Source of the DNA: Octopus vulgaris
Lineage: Eukaryota
DNA: 64,000 bases
Direction of reading: 5' to 3'
NCBI GenBank assembly: GCA_951406725.2
Contig: OX597821.1
Span: forward strand, 90,582,001 to 90,646,000
The notes under the pieces were generated by a model, which saw only the letters and a program-made list of their open reading frames with translations, ran no database searches and was not told the origin of the DNA. Positions 37,580-51,287 of the stretch are shown one piece after another; the first letter of the stretch is position 1; every line of letters begins with the position of its first letter. The position numbers and the translations under genes were made by a program.

Positions 37580-38394
37580 ATCTTTGTGTTTGTGTTTGTC
37601 AACCCTTGATCCACTGCTTGACAACTGGTTTGGTGTGTTTATGTCCTCATAACTTAGTGGTTCAGCACAACAGATAGATAGAATACATGCCAGGCTTCAA
37701 GAAAGAAAAGCAGTATTGGGATCGACGCATACAACTCAAATTCTTGAAGGTGCTGCTCCAGCATGGCCACAGTCTAAAGATTGAAACAAGTAAAAGATGA
37801 AACATGAAAGATTGTTACGTAATCATTGCCCATAAATGGGATCCATCTGTCCTTTTGACAGCAACTTGTTTTGTGTTGTTTGACTTCAAAAGACACTCCT
37901 TCACCAGGCAAGCCTGGGGAAGAATCCTGGTGGTATGCAACAGGTTGTACAGGACTACATGTTACCAGTGGAATTTGTGAGCAGCCTGACTTAAATGTAC
38001 CATAATTTCCAGCACACAAGTCACTGTAGTATATAGTTTAAATACCTTGTATAAAAATGTCATGTAAACATCCAAACGTGTTTATCTTCCCCAGTCTTAC
38101 TTCATTTCAGACAGAATCTTTGGATTTCCAAACTCCACTTGCTGTATAAGTTGACCTATATATTTTGGTTGTAAATTTTGGTCAGAAAAGTTTTACTTGT
38201 ATGTCAGAAAATATAGTGGTTCTAAAACCTACTAAGAACACAGGACCCTCATGGCTGGAATCCCTTTAGTCAAAGGCTCATTCAGTCCAAGTTTGTCCTG
38301 ATGTTGCACAAAAGTAAAGAAAAACATGAGGCATTTAGTACTTACTTTGGACAGATATCTCTATCAATCGGCCATTCAGTTATATATTAATTTC

Positions 38395-39058
38395 ATATGT
38401 TGGTACAAGGCCAGCAATTTTGAGGGAGTGTTCAACTGGTTCTTATGTTATCAACTCCAAAAGGGTATAAGGCAAACTTGGCCTCAAAGAAATTTGAACT
38501 CAGAACGTGAAGACAGATGAAATGCCACTAAGCATTTTGCCTGGCATGATAATGATTCTGCTAGCTCACTACCTTCATTCATTCAGTTATGTGTTATTTT
38601 CTACTCTAGGTACAAGCCTGAAATTCTTTGTGGGGAGGGAGGTGCCAGTCGATTAGACGGACCCCAGTATGCAACTGGTACTTAATTTATTGACCCCGAA
38701 AGGATGAAAAGCAAAGTTGACCTCAACGGAATTTGAACTCAGATGAAATACCACTAAGCATTTCACTCTGCATGCTAACGTTTCTGCCAGCTCACCGCAG
38801 TTATTATTAAATCAGTTGCAGAGGTGCATGGCTTAGTCATTAGAATATTGGACCCATGGTCATCAGATTATGGTTTCAGTTTCTTGACTAGACCAACACA
38901 CTTCATTTTGCATTGCTCTAGTCTAGTAAACTGGCAAATATGAGTATTCTGAATAGTTCAGCAATGGACCCATGTTTCATCCAAGAAGGAAAATATATAT
39001 GACACAAAAACTGGGAGACTGGCCCTATCAATCTACATGACACTGAAAGAAGCTTTAT
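38395..39058. mobile_element. Two diverged SINE B copies (-) and an old SINE C-like copy (+)
   Basis: 38395-38576 and 38600-38797 (GAATTTGAACTCAG, CCACTAAGCATTT); 38818-39058 has a tRNA-like head. Confidence 0.6.
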
Positions 39059-39179
39059 CATGTCTAGGAAAAGTCATTATGCCATTATTATTAACCCACA
39101 CACTAGTTCAATCCCACTCTTTTATTATTTGTCCATTGGTTAAATATCTAACTAAATAATTTAATCTTTTATTTTTTTT

Positions 39180-39574
39180 TTACTCTTTTACATGTTTCAG
39201 TCATTTGACTGCGGCCATACTGGAGCACCGCCTTTAGTCGAGCAAATCGACCCCCGGGACTTATTCTTTGTAAGCCCAGTACTTATTCTATCAGTCTCTG
39301 TTTGCCAAACTGTTAAGTGATGGGACGCAAACACACCAGCATCGGTTGTCAAGCAATGCTAGGGAGACAAACACAGACACACAAACGCACACATACATAC
39401 ATATATATATATATACATATATACGACAGGCTTCATTCAGTTTCCGTCTACCAAATCCACTCACAAGGCATTGGTCGGCCCGAGGCTATAGTAGAAGACA
39501 CTTTGCCCAAGGTGCCACGCAGTGGGACTGAACCCAGAACTATGTGGTTGGTAAGCAAGCTACTTACCACACAG
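39180..39574 (-). mobile_element. Full-length SINE family A
   Basis: Both halves present. Confidence 0.9.
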
Positions 39575-40967
39575 TTAAACAGTAAGTTGTCTGTTTTGTT
39601 TTTGCTTGTCAAAACTCTTTCGTAGTTACTTGCAACCTTAGTCATTGATTTAGTCATTGAAAAGGTTGCAAGAAGTGGAACTGAATAAATGCATGTGTTA
39701 ATAATATTAACATAAAGATTCTCCTTGAATACAACAAAATTTGTTTCAACACACGAATTCACATAAAGAATCTTGCAAACCTGATATAAACCCAAAAGAG
39801 CTTTATCTTTTCATATTAAATCATTTGAACTTATCCTCAGTACAAAAAGGGGTCTGGTCTTATTATATCCATCATTACAAGGGAACATGGAAGGCATATG
39901 TTGAATCCGGCTGGAAATGAAACCAGCATGAAGAGCAAGCTACAAAACTGAATATTTGTTAAGTTGTTTCACTTCAATGCTTTACCACTTTTGTCACTCG
40001 AACGACTTTGTTAACAAAAACACACAACAACAGCAACAACAACAAAAATAACAACAATAATAATAATAATTTAATATAAACAAATAAATACAAACAGATA
40101 TTGATCAACCAGAATCACATTTAAACTTACAGAAGACCAGTTCATGTGGAATAGTAGCCCACCACACACACACACACACAACACACAAACAAATAAGTAC
40201 ATACGCATGCAAACACATCTGCTTTGCTGTGTCCCACTGATGCCATTATGTTCTAGCGCTTGTTGAATTGCTTAGATAAGTGATGATAATACCAGACTCG
40301 AAAGTAAATAGGAGGTAGTGTTTGTAATAAACTTTCATACTTTAACATGAACATCTACACCAATCTACAGATCTACATACATAGACACGTGTATATAGCT
40401 ACAAAAAGTAAACAATACATAATATGTGCGTGTTTATAAATATATACATATAGGCATATATATATATATAAGTATACATTTATATATATATATACATATT
40501 TATAAGTATACATTTATGTATATATATATATATATATATAAGTATAAATATACATATAGATAGATAGACAGACAGACAGATAGCTAGGTCGATAGATAGA
40601 TAGATAGATAGATGTACATGTATATATGAGTGCATAGCTAAATATTCATATAAACATTAAAATATATTTATTTTTATGAAATATATACGTATTGTTTTTT
40701 CTTTTGTATGTGTACAAACAGGTGGGTATTCATGCATATATTTACCTTAAAATATTGCTATATACATACGTGTGCACTTACATACTTACATACATGTATG
40801 TATGTATGTATGTGTGTACAGACAAACATTTACCTATACAATTTTTTTATTATCAAAGTACTGTCATGCATGTGTATAAGTGTATGTATGTATATATATG
40901 TATGCATATATATATACATATATATATATGTATATATATACATACATATATATATTTATAAATATGA

Positions 40968-41001
<34 letters not shown>

Positions 41002-41236
41002 CTGAACAATCCCATAAATATATATGACCACATACTGACATATTTGTATTTATACATCTATACACACATTATCCTGTGAATAAGAACAACCATCATACAC
41101 GTATATATGTGTATATATAACAAACACAAATATTGCAGATGCAATGTGTATGTGTATTTGTTTTTATATACATATATATATATTTGTATACTTATATATA
41201 TATATACATATATATATATATTTATATATATTTTTA

Positions 41237-41275
<39 letters not shown>

Positions 41276-41279
41276 ATAT

Positions 41280-41311
<32 letters not shown>

Positions 41312-41917
41312 GTATGTATGTATGCATTTATGTATGTAGGTATGTATACGCATGAATATATTTTTGTGTGTCTGTAAACTCACTGAAACAGATGTATACT
41401 CACTTGCATACAGATACGAACGTACACACATAAACATTCACTCACATTAGACACATTCACAAACACAGACATACATACGCATGCACGCCAAACACTCACG
41501 CATACAGATGCAAATAATCTCATACATATAAATAATTCACTTCAAACGTTTGTTTTTAAGATATAATTCTGAAACTAAATTGAAATTTGAAGTGTAATAA
41601 AATATATGGAAATCAAATCAGTTGTGAATATGATATTATAAGTAAACACATTGTAAAAAGTATGTCTTGTATCTTTGTTCTCAAATATTCTGTTAGATTT
41701 TGCTTTTTTAATTTTTTCATAAGTGTCCAATGAGGCACACGGCAGAATTGTAGCAAGCCAAGTGGATATTGTGTCATTTGTATGGTTTGTTGAATGGGTT
41801 ATGGTTTCACATCCCTGTGATATACTTGGGTCTACCATCTGCCTTATGTGATCTTATTTTCTGTTTTATCTGTATTTCCATCAAGGGATCTTTATGGGAA
41901 TATAATTATCATTGACA

Positions 41918-42328
41918 CTTTTACTCTTTAACTGTTTCAGACATTGGACTGTGGCCATGCAAGGACACTGCATCGAATGGTTTAGTTGAACAAATTGGTC
42001 CCTTGATCCTGGGATTTATTTCTTTTAGTCTGGTATTTATTCTATGTCATTTTCCCCAGCTGTTAAGAATTGTGGACATAAACAAACCAACATTGTTTGT
42101 CAAGCAATGTGGTGAGAACAAACACAGAAATGTATACACACACACAAACACATAAACACACACACACACACAAATGCAACAGGATTCCACACAGTTTCCT
42201 TCAACTAAATTTACTCACAAAGCATTGATTGGCCTAGAGCTAAACTAGATGACACTTAAACTGCTGGGAAATGGGTTTGAACCTGATATCATGTGGCTGC
42301 AAAATGAACTTCTTAGTCACACAGCCAC
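41918..42328 (-). mobile_element. Old SINE family A
   Basis: Diverged but colinear with family A. Confidence 0.7.
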
Positions 42329-42554
42329 TTAACTCATCTTTGTATTTGTCAGTAACCTTACTTTATTTCTTCCAGAAGGATAAACATTGACACTGGTGAG
42401 ATCTGAACTCAGAACATCAAGTGCTGTAACTAAAAGCTGCAGGGATATTTCCCAACACTTTAATGATTCAAATTTCTTGACATACTAGAAACAGCAACCA
42501 TATATTCTTTAAATCACTCACTACCGTCTTAGATAAAATAACTGATCAAGCTAA

Positions 42555-42856
42555 ATGGTGACATGCTGATGACATGTAAAAGACACCCATGCCAATTACA
42601 TGTAAGGGGCACCCATGTGGGTGACACATAAGTAGCACTTGTGCCAATGATGCACTTATTCCACTGTGCCATAAAAGAAACCCAGTACACACTGTGGAAT
42701 CGTTGGCATTAGAAAGGGCATCCAGTCATAGAAACCATGCCAAAACAGTCAATTGTAGCCCTGTGCAATTCTCTGGCTTACCAACCCCAGTCAAACCCTT
42801 TTACATATGCCAGCATGGAAAACAGATGCTGAATGATGATGACGATGATGACGATG
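42555..42856 (+). mobile_element. Old RTE-type 3' tail
   Basis: Degenerate modules, AGAAAGGGCATCCAG, (GAT)n. Confidence 0.65.
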
Positions 42857-43149
42857 GCCATTGGAGCACCTTTCATTATACATCTTCTCAGCCATAGCAT
42901 ATCTGACTTGTTTGACCATATCTGACCTTACCTGATCAGTCATAGTGGACCAGTTCAATGAGATGTGAACAAGTATCATGAGAAGATCAAGTATATAAGC
43001 TATCAAAGGAGAGAGAAATAAAACAGCATAACCAATGAGTGTGTTGATAGCTTGCATAGGATGGAGTGTTGTGAGCAACTTCCGCTACAGGTATGACTTT
43101 GAAACAGTGAGGCTACATAGAACAGGCCTGGTTTTGAGATTATGCACTA

Positions 43150-43955
43150 GTTCCAGTATGTATTGCTGCTTCTTTTGGAATCAGGCCTGTAATTCATTTT
43201 CTGCATGAAAGTTGAGGACTTTCCGTGATTTGTTCTGGACTTAAACGACTGTGTTAAAACGATAACCTTTGAGCTGCGTTTTCGTCTTTGGGAAGAGATG
43301 GAAAACTGTAAGTGCTAAATCTGGCAAATAAGGTGGGTGCAGAAGCAATACTATGCTGTTTTTGGTCAGAAAACAGAAAACATGCATGGGTGAGGAGAGC
43401 TCGGTGACAGGGTGCATTGTCATTATGAAGAATCCATATATTTGTGCTTCACAGATCCAGTTGTTTTCACCAAATGGTCTCCTTCAAATGCTTCAAAACA
43501 TCACAGTAGAACTCTTGATTGACAGTCTGGCCATGGGGCATGAACTCTCAAAGCACAATATCACATTTCTTGGGTAACGCTCATGGCAGGCCTTCCAGAT
43601 CGCTCATTGTCTTCCAGGGATATTCTTCTGCTTTTGAAGTGCCTGTGCCACTTGAATCATCACATATGATCCATTGCCTCATTGCCATAAGCCTCCTGAA
43701 GCATGCTCAAAATCTCTGTAGCAAACTTCCCGAGTTCAACACAAAATTTCATGCTGAATCTTTGTTCCTGTCCATGACAAAATTGCAGACTGCAGCATAC
43801 ACGTGACCACAAAAACATAAATTTCACAACTTGTGAAGTAAACACAGCAATGTCACTTGGTACACTGTCTCATGAAGGTCACTGCTGGCTCTCACTGTAC
43901 ACACAGCTCTGCTGCCATCTGTTGGTGCACTACAGAAGTAGTCCAGGATACCACA
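43150..43955 (-). mobile_element. Internally deleted mariner transposon remnant
   Basis: EQRFSMKFCVELGKFATEILSMLQEAYGNEAM (N-terminal HTH) and LHPPYLPDLA...LFPKTKTQLKGYRF (YSPDLAP region); ends approximate. Confidence 0.85.
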
Positions 43956-43980
43956 TTGTAAATATATATATATATATATA

Positions 43981-44560
43981 TAAACTTAGATAAACTTAGA
44001 TATGTTTCGACCAAAGATTGGTCCAGGCCATGTCTAACTTAATAACACCACCTGATAGGATTATTCGAATCCTGTTTAAGGCAAGTTTTGTTTAAGTCAA
44101 GTTTTGTTCAAGTAGTGAGTTCTTGTTGGGTGAGTTGTATCAAGTTTTGTTCAAGTAGTGAGTTCTTGTTCGGTGAGTTGTATCCAATTATGGGTGGCTT
44201 ATCTGGTATTCTTTGAAGGAATCTATCCAGACTCTGTTTAAAGTTGATGGGATCCTTTTCCTCTTTGATCTCCCTCGGGACAATGTTAAATAGGGCAGGC
44301 CTGTTGAGGAAAAGAAATTATATTGCAGTGTACATGTATGTTGTGATCTTGAATTGGGCAGGGGTCGTATGACCCGTGGTCCCAGTCTTGGATGAACCTT
44401 GAAGCTAATGTTAAGGTCGTTTGGGCAAAGTTGGCGGTATATTCTCCACATCATACAAATGATGTACCGCTCACGGCGACGCTGGAGGGAGTAAAGTTTC
44501 AAGGCTTTAAGGTGATCCCAATAATCGAGAGCGGCCATGCCTTCAATTTGTTTAGTGAGT
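43981..44560 (-). mobile_element. CR1-like LINE 3' end (second family)
   Basis: LDYWDHLKALKLYSLQRRRERYII...HPRLG; frameshifted; 43-bp duplication in the UTR; short tandem tail (CTAAGTTTA). Confidence 0.85.
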
Positions 44561-44591
44561 GCCCATATATATATATATGTGTGTGTGTGTG

Positions 44592-44623
<32 letters not shown>

Positions 44624-44792
44624 CAAAATTTAGAGGACTGACCACTAAAAGTGGACAGCCTATATGCTAAACATAGACGTCAAAATCGCTATTTTCCACG
44701 AAGAATGAGTTCTCAAGAAAAATCTCAGCAAAATACCAAAATGTAAAAATAAGCAAGACAAATGAAAATATACGAAATAAAAAAACTATTAC

Positions 44793-44866
44793 CTCTGTAG
44801 CCTTGGTTTCACTTTTTAATATTTATATATATGGACATGCAAATATCTGCAAGATCATCAGCATAG
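44793..44866 (-). ncRNA. Hammerhead-like motif with extended stem II
   Basis: CUAUG-CUGAUGA-UCUU...AAGU-GAAA-CCAAGGC-UA-CAGAG; one mismatch in stem I. Confidence 0.55.
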
Positions 44867-45431
44867 TCTGTCGTTTATATATATATATATAAATTTATAT
44901 AAATAAAGATAAGATCATAATTTAAATACCGATCTTATCAGGTGGCCAGCATGGGAATAAAAATCTTCAAAGCTAATAATTATTATTAAAATTATAATTT
45001 AGGGTATCTAAGAGATACCACCATGTGGGAAATAGCAGCCAAAACTCGACTCTAAAACCACATTAAGTGTTCATAAGTCATAATTTGTATATATATATAT
45101 ATACATACCTAATAAGCTTCTTTCTGTTTGGTTTGCCACATCCATTTATAAGGCTGTAGTTGGCTCAAGGTACCATATAGTCAGATTGAACTTGAAGCTA
45201 TATCGTTGGATAGCAAACTCCTTTACCACAGGGCCACATGTACAACTTATAAATATATATATATATAGAGAGAGAGATGGTGGTGTGGATTTCCACCTCG
45301 GCATCCGGAACTCGGAGTTTTTTCATGGCTACCGAATAATTGTCTCATATTACATTTACAGATATATATATATATATGTATGTATGCATGCATGTATGTA
45401 TGTATGTGAATGTGTGTCTGTGTATCTATCA

Positions 45432-45480
<49 letters not shown>

Positions 45481-46001
45481 TTATCTATCCCTAGAGATGG
45501 TTATGTTTAAAAATATACATGTAAATAGATAGGATGGTAAGTAAACAAATGAAAGTGGCACTCGATGTAAGCATTTGAAGTTGTATTTCATAACAGATTG
45601 ATATAGCTTCACATAGATGTACATCTGTATTTCCAGATGCATATATATATGTAAATATATAAGCATATACGCATGTAGGTGTGTCTATGCATTTGTGTGT
45701 GTATGAAGACTTCAATATAGATTTGATAGTAGAAGACAATGCTTGCTATTGCAAAAAGTCTGTTCAAATATATTCAATTTATTAACGTTGAATTTTCAAA
45801 TTTTGTGACTCTCAGTTCCATGTTTTTGATCTACGAAGGAAATTTTAGGAATGGTAAAGAAAACAAAAATTAAAGGAACTATTTAATTGGATGCATGTGT
45901 GAAGATAAATTGAAATATATAAAAATATCAAACTGGATATATGAGGAAAGATAACAATGAACTAATTTAAAAGCAGATGATTGGGCCTTTCCTAATTCAC
46001 C

Positions 46002-46626
46002 TTTACCTTTTAGTATTCAAACAAGCCATATCCAGCCGAAATATTCTAACAGTTTCATGTTAAAACTGGCCAGATCTGGTCTCCAATACCTGTCCTGAAA
46101 TGTCATTTTTAAAATAAGCAAAGGCACAGGATGGCTGTGTGGTAAGTAGCTTGCTTACCAACCACATGGTTCCGGGTTCAAACCCACTGCGTGGCACCTT
46201 GGGCAAGTGTCTTCTGCTATAGCCTCGGGCCGACCAAAGACTTGTGAGTGGATTTGGTAGACAGAAACTGAAAGAAGCCTGTCGTATATATGTATATATA
46301 TATATATATGTGTGCGTGTGTGTTTGTGTGTCTGTGTTTGTCCCCCTAGCATTGCTTGACGACTAATGCTGGTGTGTTTCTTTATGTCCCCGTCACTTAG
46401 CGGTTCGGCAAAAGAGACCGATGGAATAAGTACTGGGCTTACAAAGAATAAGTTCCGAGGTCGAGCTGCTCGACTAAAGGCGGTGCTCCAGCATGGCCGA
46501 AGTCAACTGACTGAAACAAGTAAAAGAGTAATTACACCATGAAAATCTATTAGCTTCAAGATAATGCATGATTAATTAAGAATAATGTGAATAAATATGC
46601 ACTACATATGAATGCTATAGGATTAA
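46002..46626. mobile_element. Degenerate MITE (piggyBac-like ends) interrupted by a SINE
   Basis: TTTACCTTTTAGTATTCA...TGAATGCTATAGGATTAA imperfect terminal inverted repeats. Confidence 0.45.
46124..46531 (+). mobile_element. Full-length SINE family A
   Basis: Both halves present. Confidence 0.9.
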
Positions 46627-47395
46627 TCTCATTTGCTCTCCTGTCCTGGACCTCCAGACTTAGGTGGTTATTACATTTGGGGCATTTATTAATAGAGTGT
46701 CATAACTGCCACACCAGCCACTTTTGAGGTTAGTATACCATTTTCTTTGTCTCGATGTCTCAGATCCGGAAAAGTTGAGAAGAAGAACTGGTGAAGCCTG
46801 GCTGAGAAAGATTGTACCTTGACGCTATTGATACGATGCTCATTTACCCAAACTTGCACCAGAGAATTTAGTAACACACTATCATAAGCACACACACTCA
46901 ATCAATAACTCTGGTGTGGTCCCTCTATCATTTCTCAAGGTGTTATGGCTCATTTCCTAATATTTCTCATTACCATCGTAACAATAATGGGCTATTTTAT
47001 CTTACTATCTTGTCTTACCTCTTAAAGATACTTACCTTGGTATATCAAAACACAAACAATACCTTTGGGGGTTCTCTGTATGTGTTTCCTAGGTATTATA
47101 GCTAAAATATGCAATGCGATATGCTGTTACATAATACCGGTATATTCTATAAAAGGAGAAAGACACAGTCATTGTTTTATTTTTCAGATGCATACTTAAA
47201 TAAATAATTTTGCATAGGTGGAATGATTAGAGAAGGTCTTCACGGTCATTTTAAGACCAAAACTAACTTCCTAACTTCACTCCATTCTGAAAGCCATCAA
47301 ACTTTGACTGCATTTTTCTTGGCTTTTACGTTGTGTTGGTTTCGCCAGTCTGTTACTAAACGTCTCATATGCAAATCAATGGCTTCTATGTAAAT

Positions 47396-47794
47396 CTAGC
47401 AGTATCGCCCGGTGTTGCTCGGGTTTGTAAGGGAAATAACTATATAAGCATTTTTAGAGAGTTATAGCCAAAAAATAGCAAAAAATGCATTAAAAATGGA
47501 AAAAAAAATTATGGTAAATTTTTTTTTTTAAATCGTTGACTCATCGTAGACATTTTTAGAGAGTTACTTCCCTATATAATAGCGAAAAAATGCATTAAAA
47601 TGGAAAAAAATGATGATAAATTATTTTTTAAATCGTAGACTCATCGTAGACGTGTGCTAATACCCAGACGGGCTCGATATGAATCACGACTATAAGATAC
47701 CTGGTTTTGGTTAAACTGCACCGCAAAATGTGGGAGTAGTTAGGAATCTAAATCGTAGGAGACAGACACACAACTTGACTTTTATATATAAAGA
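47396..47794 (-). mobile_element. Non-autonomous Helitron
   Basis: Begins TCTTTATATATAAAAG after an A, ends CCCGAGCAACACCGGG hairpin plus ...CTAG; no TSD; internal ~100-bp duplication; the base after CTAG is A rather than the usual T. Confidence 0.8.
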
Positions 47795-48027
47795 TATCTA
47801 ACATATATAAGCTGCTTCAGTTGGAATTTTCCTTTTAAGATTTACCTTATCTTACCTTCCTCACTTTTCAGCTATATCCCAAAGAATTGCTATGTTCAAA
47901 ACATAACAATCAGCTCCCTTTGCTCTTCTGAGCCATAACATTATAATTTTGATTTTGAACTGAAATTGTATTGCTGCTATTTTTTGGTTTTACAATTCCA
48001 CCATCTTTCTTGTTTCACTTTCTCTCA

Positions 48028-48083
<56 letters not shown>

Positions 48084-48103
48084 CCTCACACATACTTTCT
48101 CTT

Positions 48104-48154
<51 letters not shown>

Positions 48155-48293
48155 GTGTTTCCTTTTCTCCCTCTGTACATATACATCAGTGTGTTTATGT
48201 GTATGCACATTACATTATTTTTTTTTCACTCCTCATGCTCGTCTATTCCTTTCCCAAGCAGTGTTTCTGTTTGCAACAACTCTGCTGACACCT

Positions 48294-48326
<33 letters not shown>

Positions 48327-48366
48327 CCAATAACAACAACAACACTAACAACAATAGCAACATGTT

Positions 48367-48533
48367 AGTGTGTTTACATCCCCGTTACTAAGCAGTTCGG
48401 CAAAAGAGACTGATAAAATCAGTAAGTACTAGGCTCACAAAGAATAAGTCCTGGTGTTGATTTGTTTGACTAAAGGCAGTGCTCTAGCATGGCCACAGTC
48501 AAATGACTTAAACAAATAAAAGAATAAAAGAAT
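48367..48533 (+). mobile_element. SINE A 3' half
   Basis: GTGTTTACATCCCCG...GGCAGTGCTCTAGCATGG. Confidence 0.8.
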
Positions 48534-48552
48534 ATACTCGCATGAGGACACT

Positions 48553-49041
48553 GAACCTTTTGCAAAAAAATGAGAAAGGACCAAGATACCTGTTGTGTGA
48601 GTGTGTGCATGTGTGTGTGTGTGTGCGTGTGTGTGCATGTGTGTGTGTGTGTGCGTGTGTGCATGTGTGAACATTCTGTGTGTGTAAAGATGACAAAGGA
48701 CCATGACACCTGGTGTTTTGTGTATGCATGTGTGTGTGTGAATGTGTGTGTGTGTGAATGTGTGTGCATGTGTGTGTGTAAACATTTTGCATGTGAAAAG
48801 ATGACAAAAGACCAAGATGCCTGGTGTGCATTTGTGTGCGTGCATATATGTGTATGTGCATGTGTCTGTGTGTGTGCATATATGTATATGTGCATGTGTG
48901 TGTGCATATATGTGCATATGCATGTGTGTGTGTGTGTGTGTGTGCGAATATTTTGCATGTGAAAACATGACAACAGGACCAAGACACCTGGTGTGCCTGC
49001 ATGCATGTGTGTGCATGTAAATGTGTGCATGTGTGTGTGCA

Positions 49042-49074
<33 letters not shown>

Positions 49075-49108
49075 AAAGATGACAAAGTACCAAGATACTT
49101 GGGGCTTT
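48553..49108. repeat. Compound minisatellite: conserved core plus variable (TG)n spacers, 5 units
   Basis: Core like AAGATGACAAAGGACCAAGACACCTGGTG at ~48570, 48687, 48798, 48964 and 49076. Confidence 0.85.
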
Positions 49109-49560
49109 TCAGCACTCAATTAAAACATGTCCTCCACAGCAGAAGTATTAAGGCTGCATCCCCTGGTGAATAGGATCAGCATGCAAGAGTCCTGTACCAG
49201 TGCTCTGTAAAATGCTCGTGTGCCATGTGAAAGCACTCATACCAGTGCCATATTAAGAGCACCCAGCACACACTGTAAAGTGGTTGCCATTAGGAAGGGC
49301 ATTCAGCTGTAGAAACCAAGCTAAATCAAGCAGGAGACTATTGTAGCTTTCCAGCTTGCCCCCTCTAGACAAACCATCCAACCCATGCCAGCATGGAAAA
49401 ACGGACGTTAAAGGACGCTGAAGAGGATGATGGTGATGCTGCCACCGGCGTTGACACCAATGTTGACGATGATGACAATGGCATTTCCAGCTTTGGCAGA
49501 ATATACAGGGCTATTCAGTTCATTCTTTTTGAATAGCCCTATATATAAACATATGCATAC

Positions 49561-50614
49561 ATCATCGTCATCATCATCATCGTTTAACGTCCGTTCTCCA
49601 TGCTAGCATGGGTTGGACGGTTCGACCGGGGATCTGGGAAGCCAGAAGGCTGCACCAGGCTCCAGTCTTATCTGGCAATGTTTCTACAGCTGGATGCCCT
49701 TCCTAACGCCAACCACTTCGTGAGTGTAGTGGGTGCTTTTTACGTGCCACCTGCACAGGTGCCAGGCAAGGCTGGCAGCGGCCACGGTCGGATTGGTGTA
49801 TTTTATGTGCCACCGGCATGGAAGCCAGTCGAGGCGGCGCTGGCTTCAGCCACGAGTCAGATAGTGCTTTTTACGTACCACCAGACCAGGGATCCTGGCT
49901 GGTTCAATTCGATTTCGCTTTCGCTTGCACCAACATGTCTTCGCAAGCAAAGGGGGTTGGCATGGGTGCCTGTCGTACGGTCGGATTGGTGTATTTTACG
50001 TGCCACTGGCACAGAAGCCAGCGGAGGCGGCGCTGGCATCGGCCACGAGTCGGATAGTGCTTTTTACGTACCACCAGACCAGGGATCCTGGCTGGTTCAA
50101 TTCGATTTCAATTTCGCTTTCGCTTGCCCCAACATGTCTTCGCAAGCAAAGGGGTTGGCATGGGTGCCTGTCGTCGGATGAGGTTCTATATCGACTTCGC
50201 TTCCCTCAACAGGTCTTTGTGTCCAAGGGAGGAAAGGCATTCATAAGTGGGCTGGGCTCACTTGTCCTGCCTGGTCTTCTCACGTACAGCATATTTCCAA
50301 AGGTCTCGGTCGCTGGTCATTTCCTCAGTGAGGCCTAAAGTTCGAAGGTCGTGCTTCACCACCTCGTCCCAGGTTTTCCTGGGTCTCCTCTTCCACGGGT
50401 TCCCTCAACTGCTAGGGATTGGCACTTTCTCACACACCTATCTTCATCAATTCTCGCCACATGACCATACCAGTGCAATCATCTCTCTTGCACACCACAA
50501 CTGATGCTTCTTAGGTACAACATTTCTCTCAAGGTACTAACGCTCTGTCGAGTATGTACACTGACATTACACATCCATTGGGGCATACTGGTTTCATTCC
50601 TCACGAGCTTACGC
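49561..50614 (-). mobile_element. 5'-truncated RTE-clade LINE
   Basis: MRKLVRNETSMPQWMCNVSV...SISCGVQER*LHWYGHVAR; ~193-bp duplication in the 3' UTR; (GAT)n tail. Confidence 0.92.
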
Positions 50615-50664
<50 letters not shown>

Positions 50665-50815
50665 GTTTAAATATTTGTTGTGCAAGATTTTTTATGTGAA
50701 GTCGTGTGTTGAAACAGATATTGTTATATTTCGGAATGGTCATATTGCCAGTTTAGCCAATAAAAATGGCTGACGGTTAGTAAGGAGAGACACAAGTAAG
50801 TGAGAAGAAAACAAA

Positions 50816-50860
50816 GGACCACTGATGCGGTCACAGGAGTGTGACGAAAGAACTTTGGCC
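50816..50860 (+). ncRNA. Decayed minimal hammerhead between inverted repeats
   Basis: GGACCA-CUGAUGC-G-GUCAC(AGGAGU)GUGAC-GAAA-GAAC-UU-UGGCC; flanked by ~50-bp inverted repeats at 50716-50766 and 50934-50982. Confidence 0.55.
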
Positions 50861-50974
50861 GAAATAAGATTAAGATTAATGTAAAAAATAAATATCACTG
50901 AAGCAAAATAACACCAAATATATAGTGCGTGTGTTTTTATTGGCTAAACTGGCAATATGACCATTCCGAAATAT

Positions 50975-51021
<47 letters not shown>

Positions 51022-51118
51022 GATAGATAGATAGATAGATAGATATAGATATAGATATAGATATACATATGCATACACACATATACATATATATTCATAC
51101 ATACATATCATATTTAAT

Positions 51119-51233
51119 AGGTGCAGGAGTGGCTTGCTTACCAACCACATGGTTAAGTTCCACTGTGCGACACTTTGTGAGTGGATTTGGTAGACAGAAA
51201 CTAAAAGAAGCCTGTCTTATATATATATATATT

Positions 51234-51287
<54 letters not shown>

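Noticed and set aside
43995-44040. GACCA/TGGTC hairpin followed by GAAAC on the minus strand
   Set aside because: It lacks the CUGANGA core and is better explained as the CR1-like LINE 3' recognition hairpin.
48553-49108. CRISPR array
   Set aside because: Eukaryotic context, no cas genes, degenerate repeats, and spacers that are microsatellites of unequal length.
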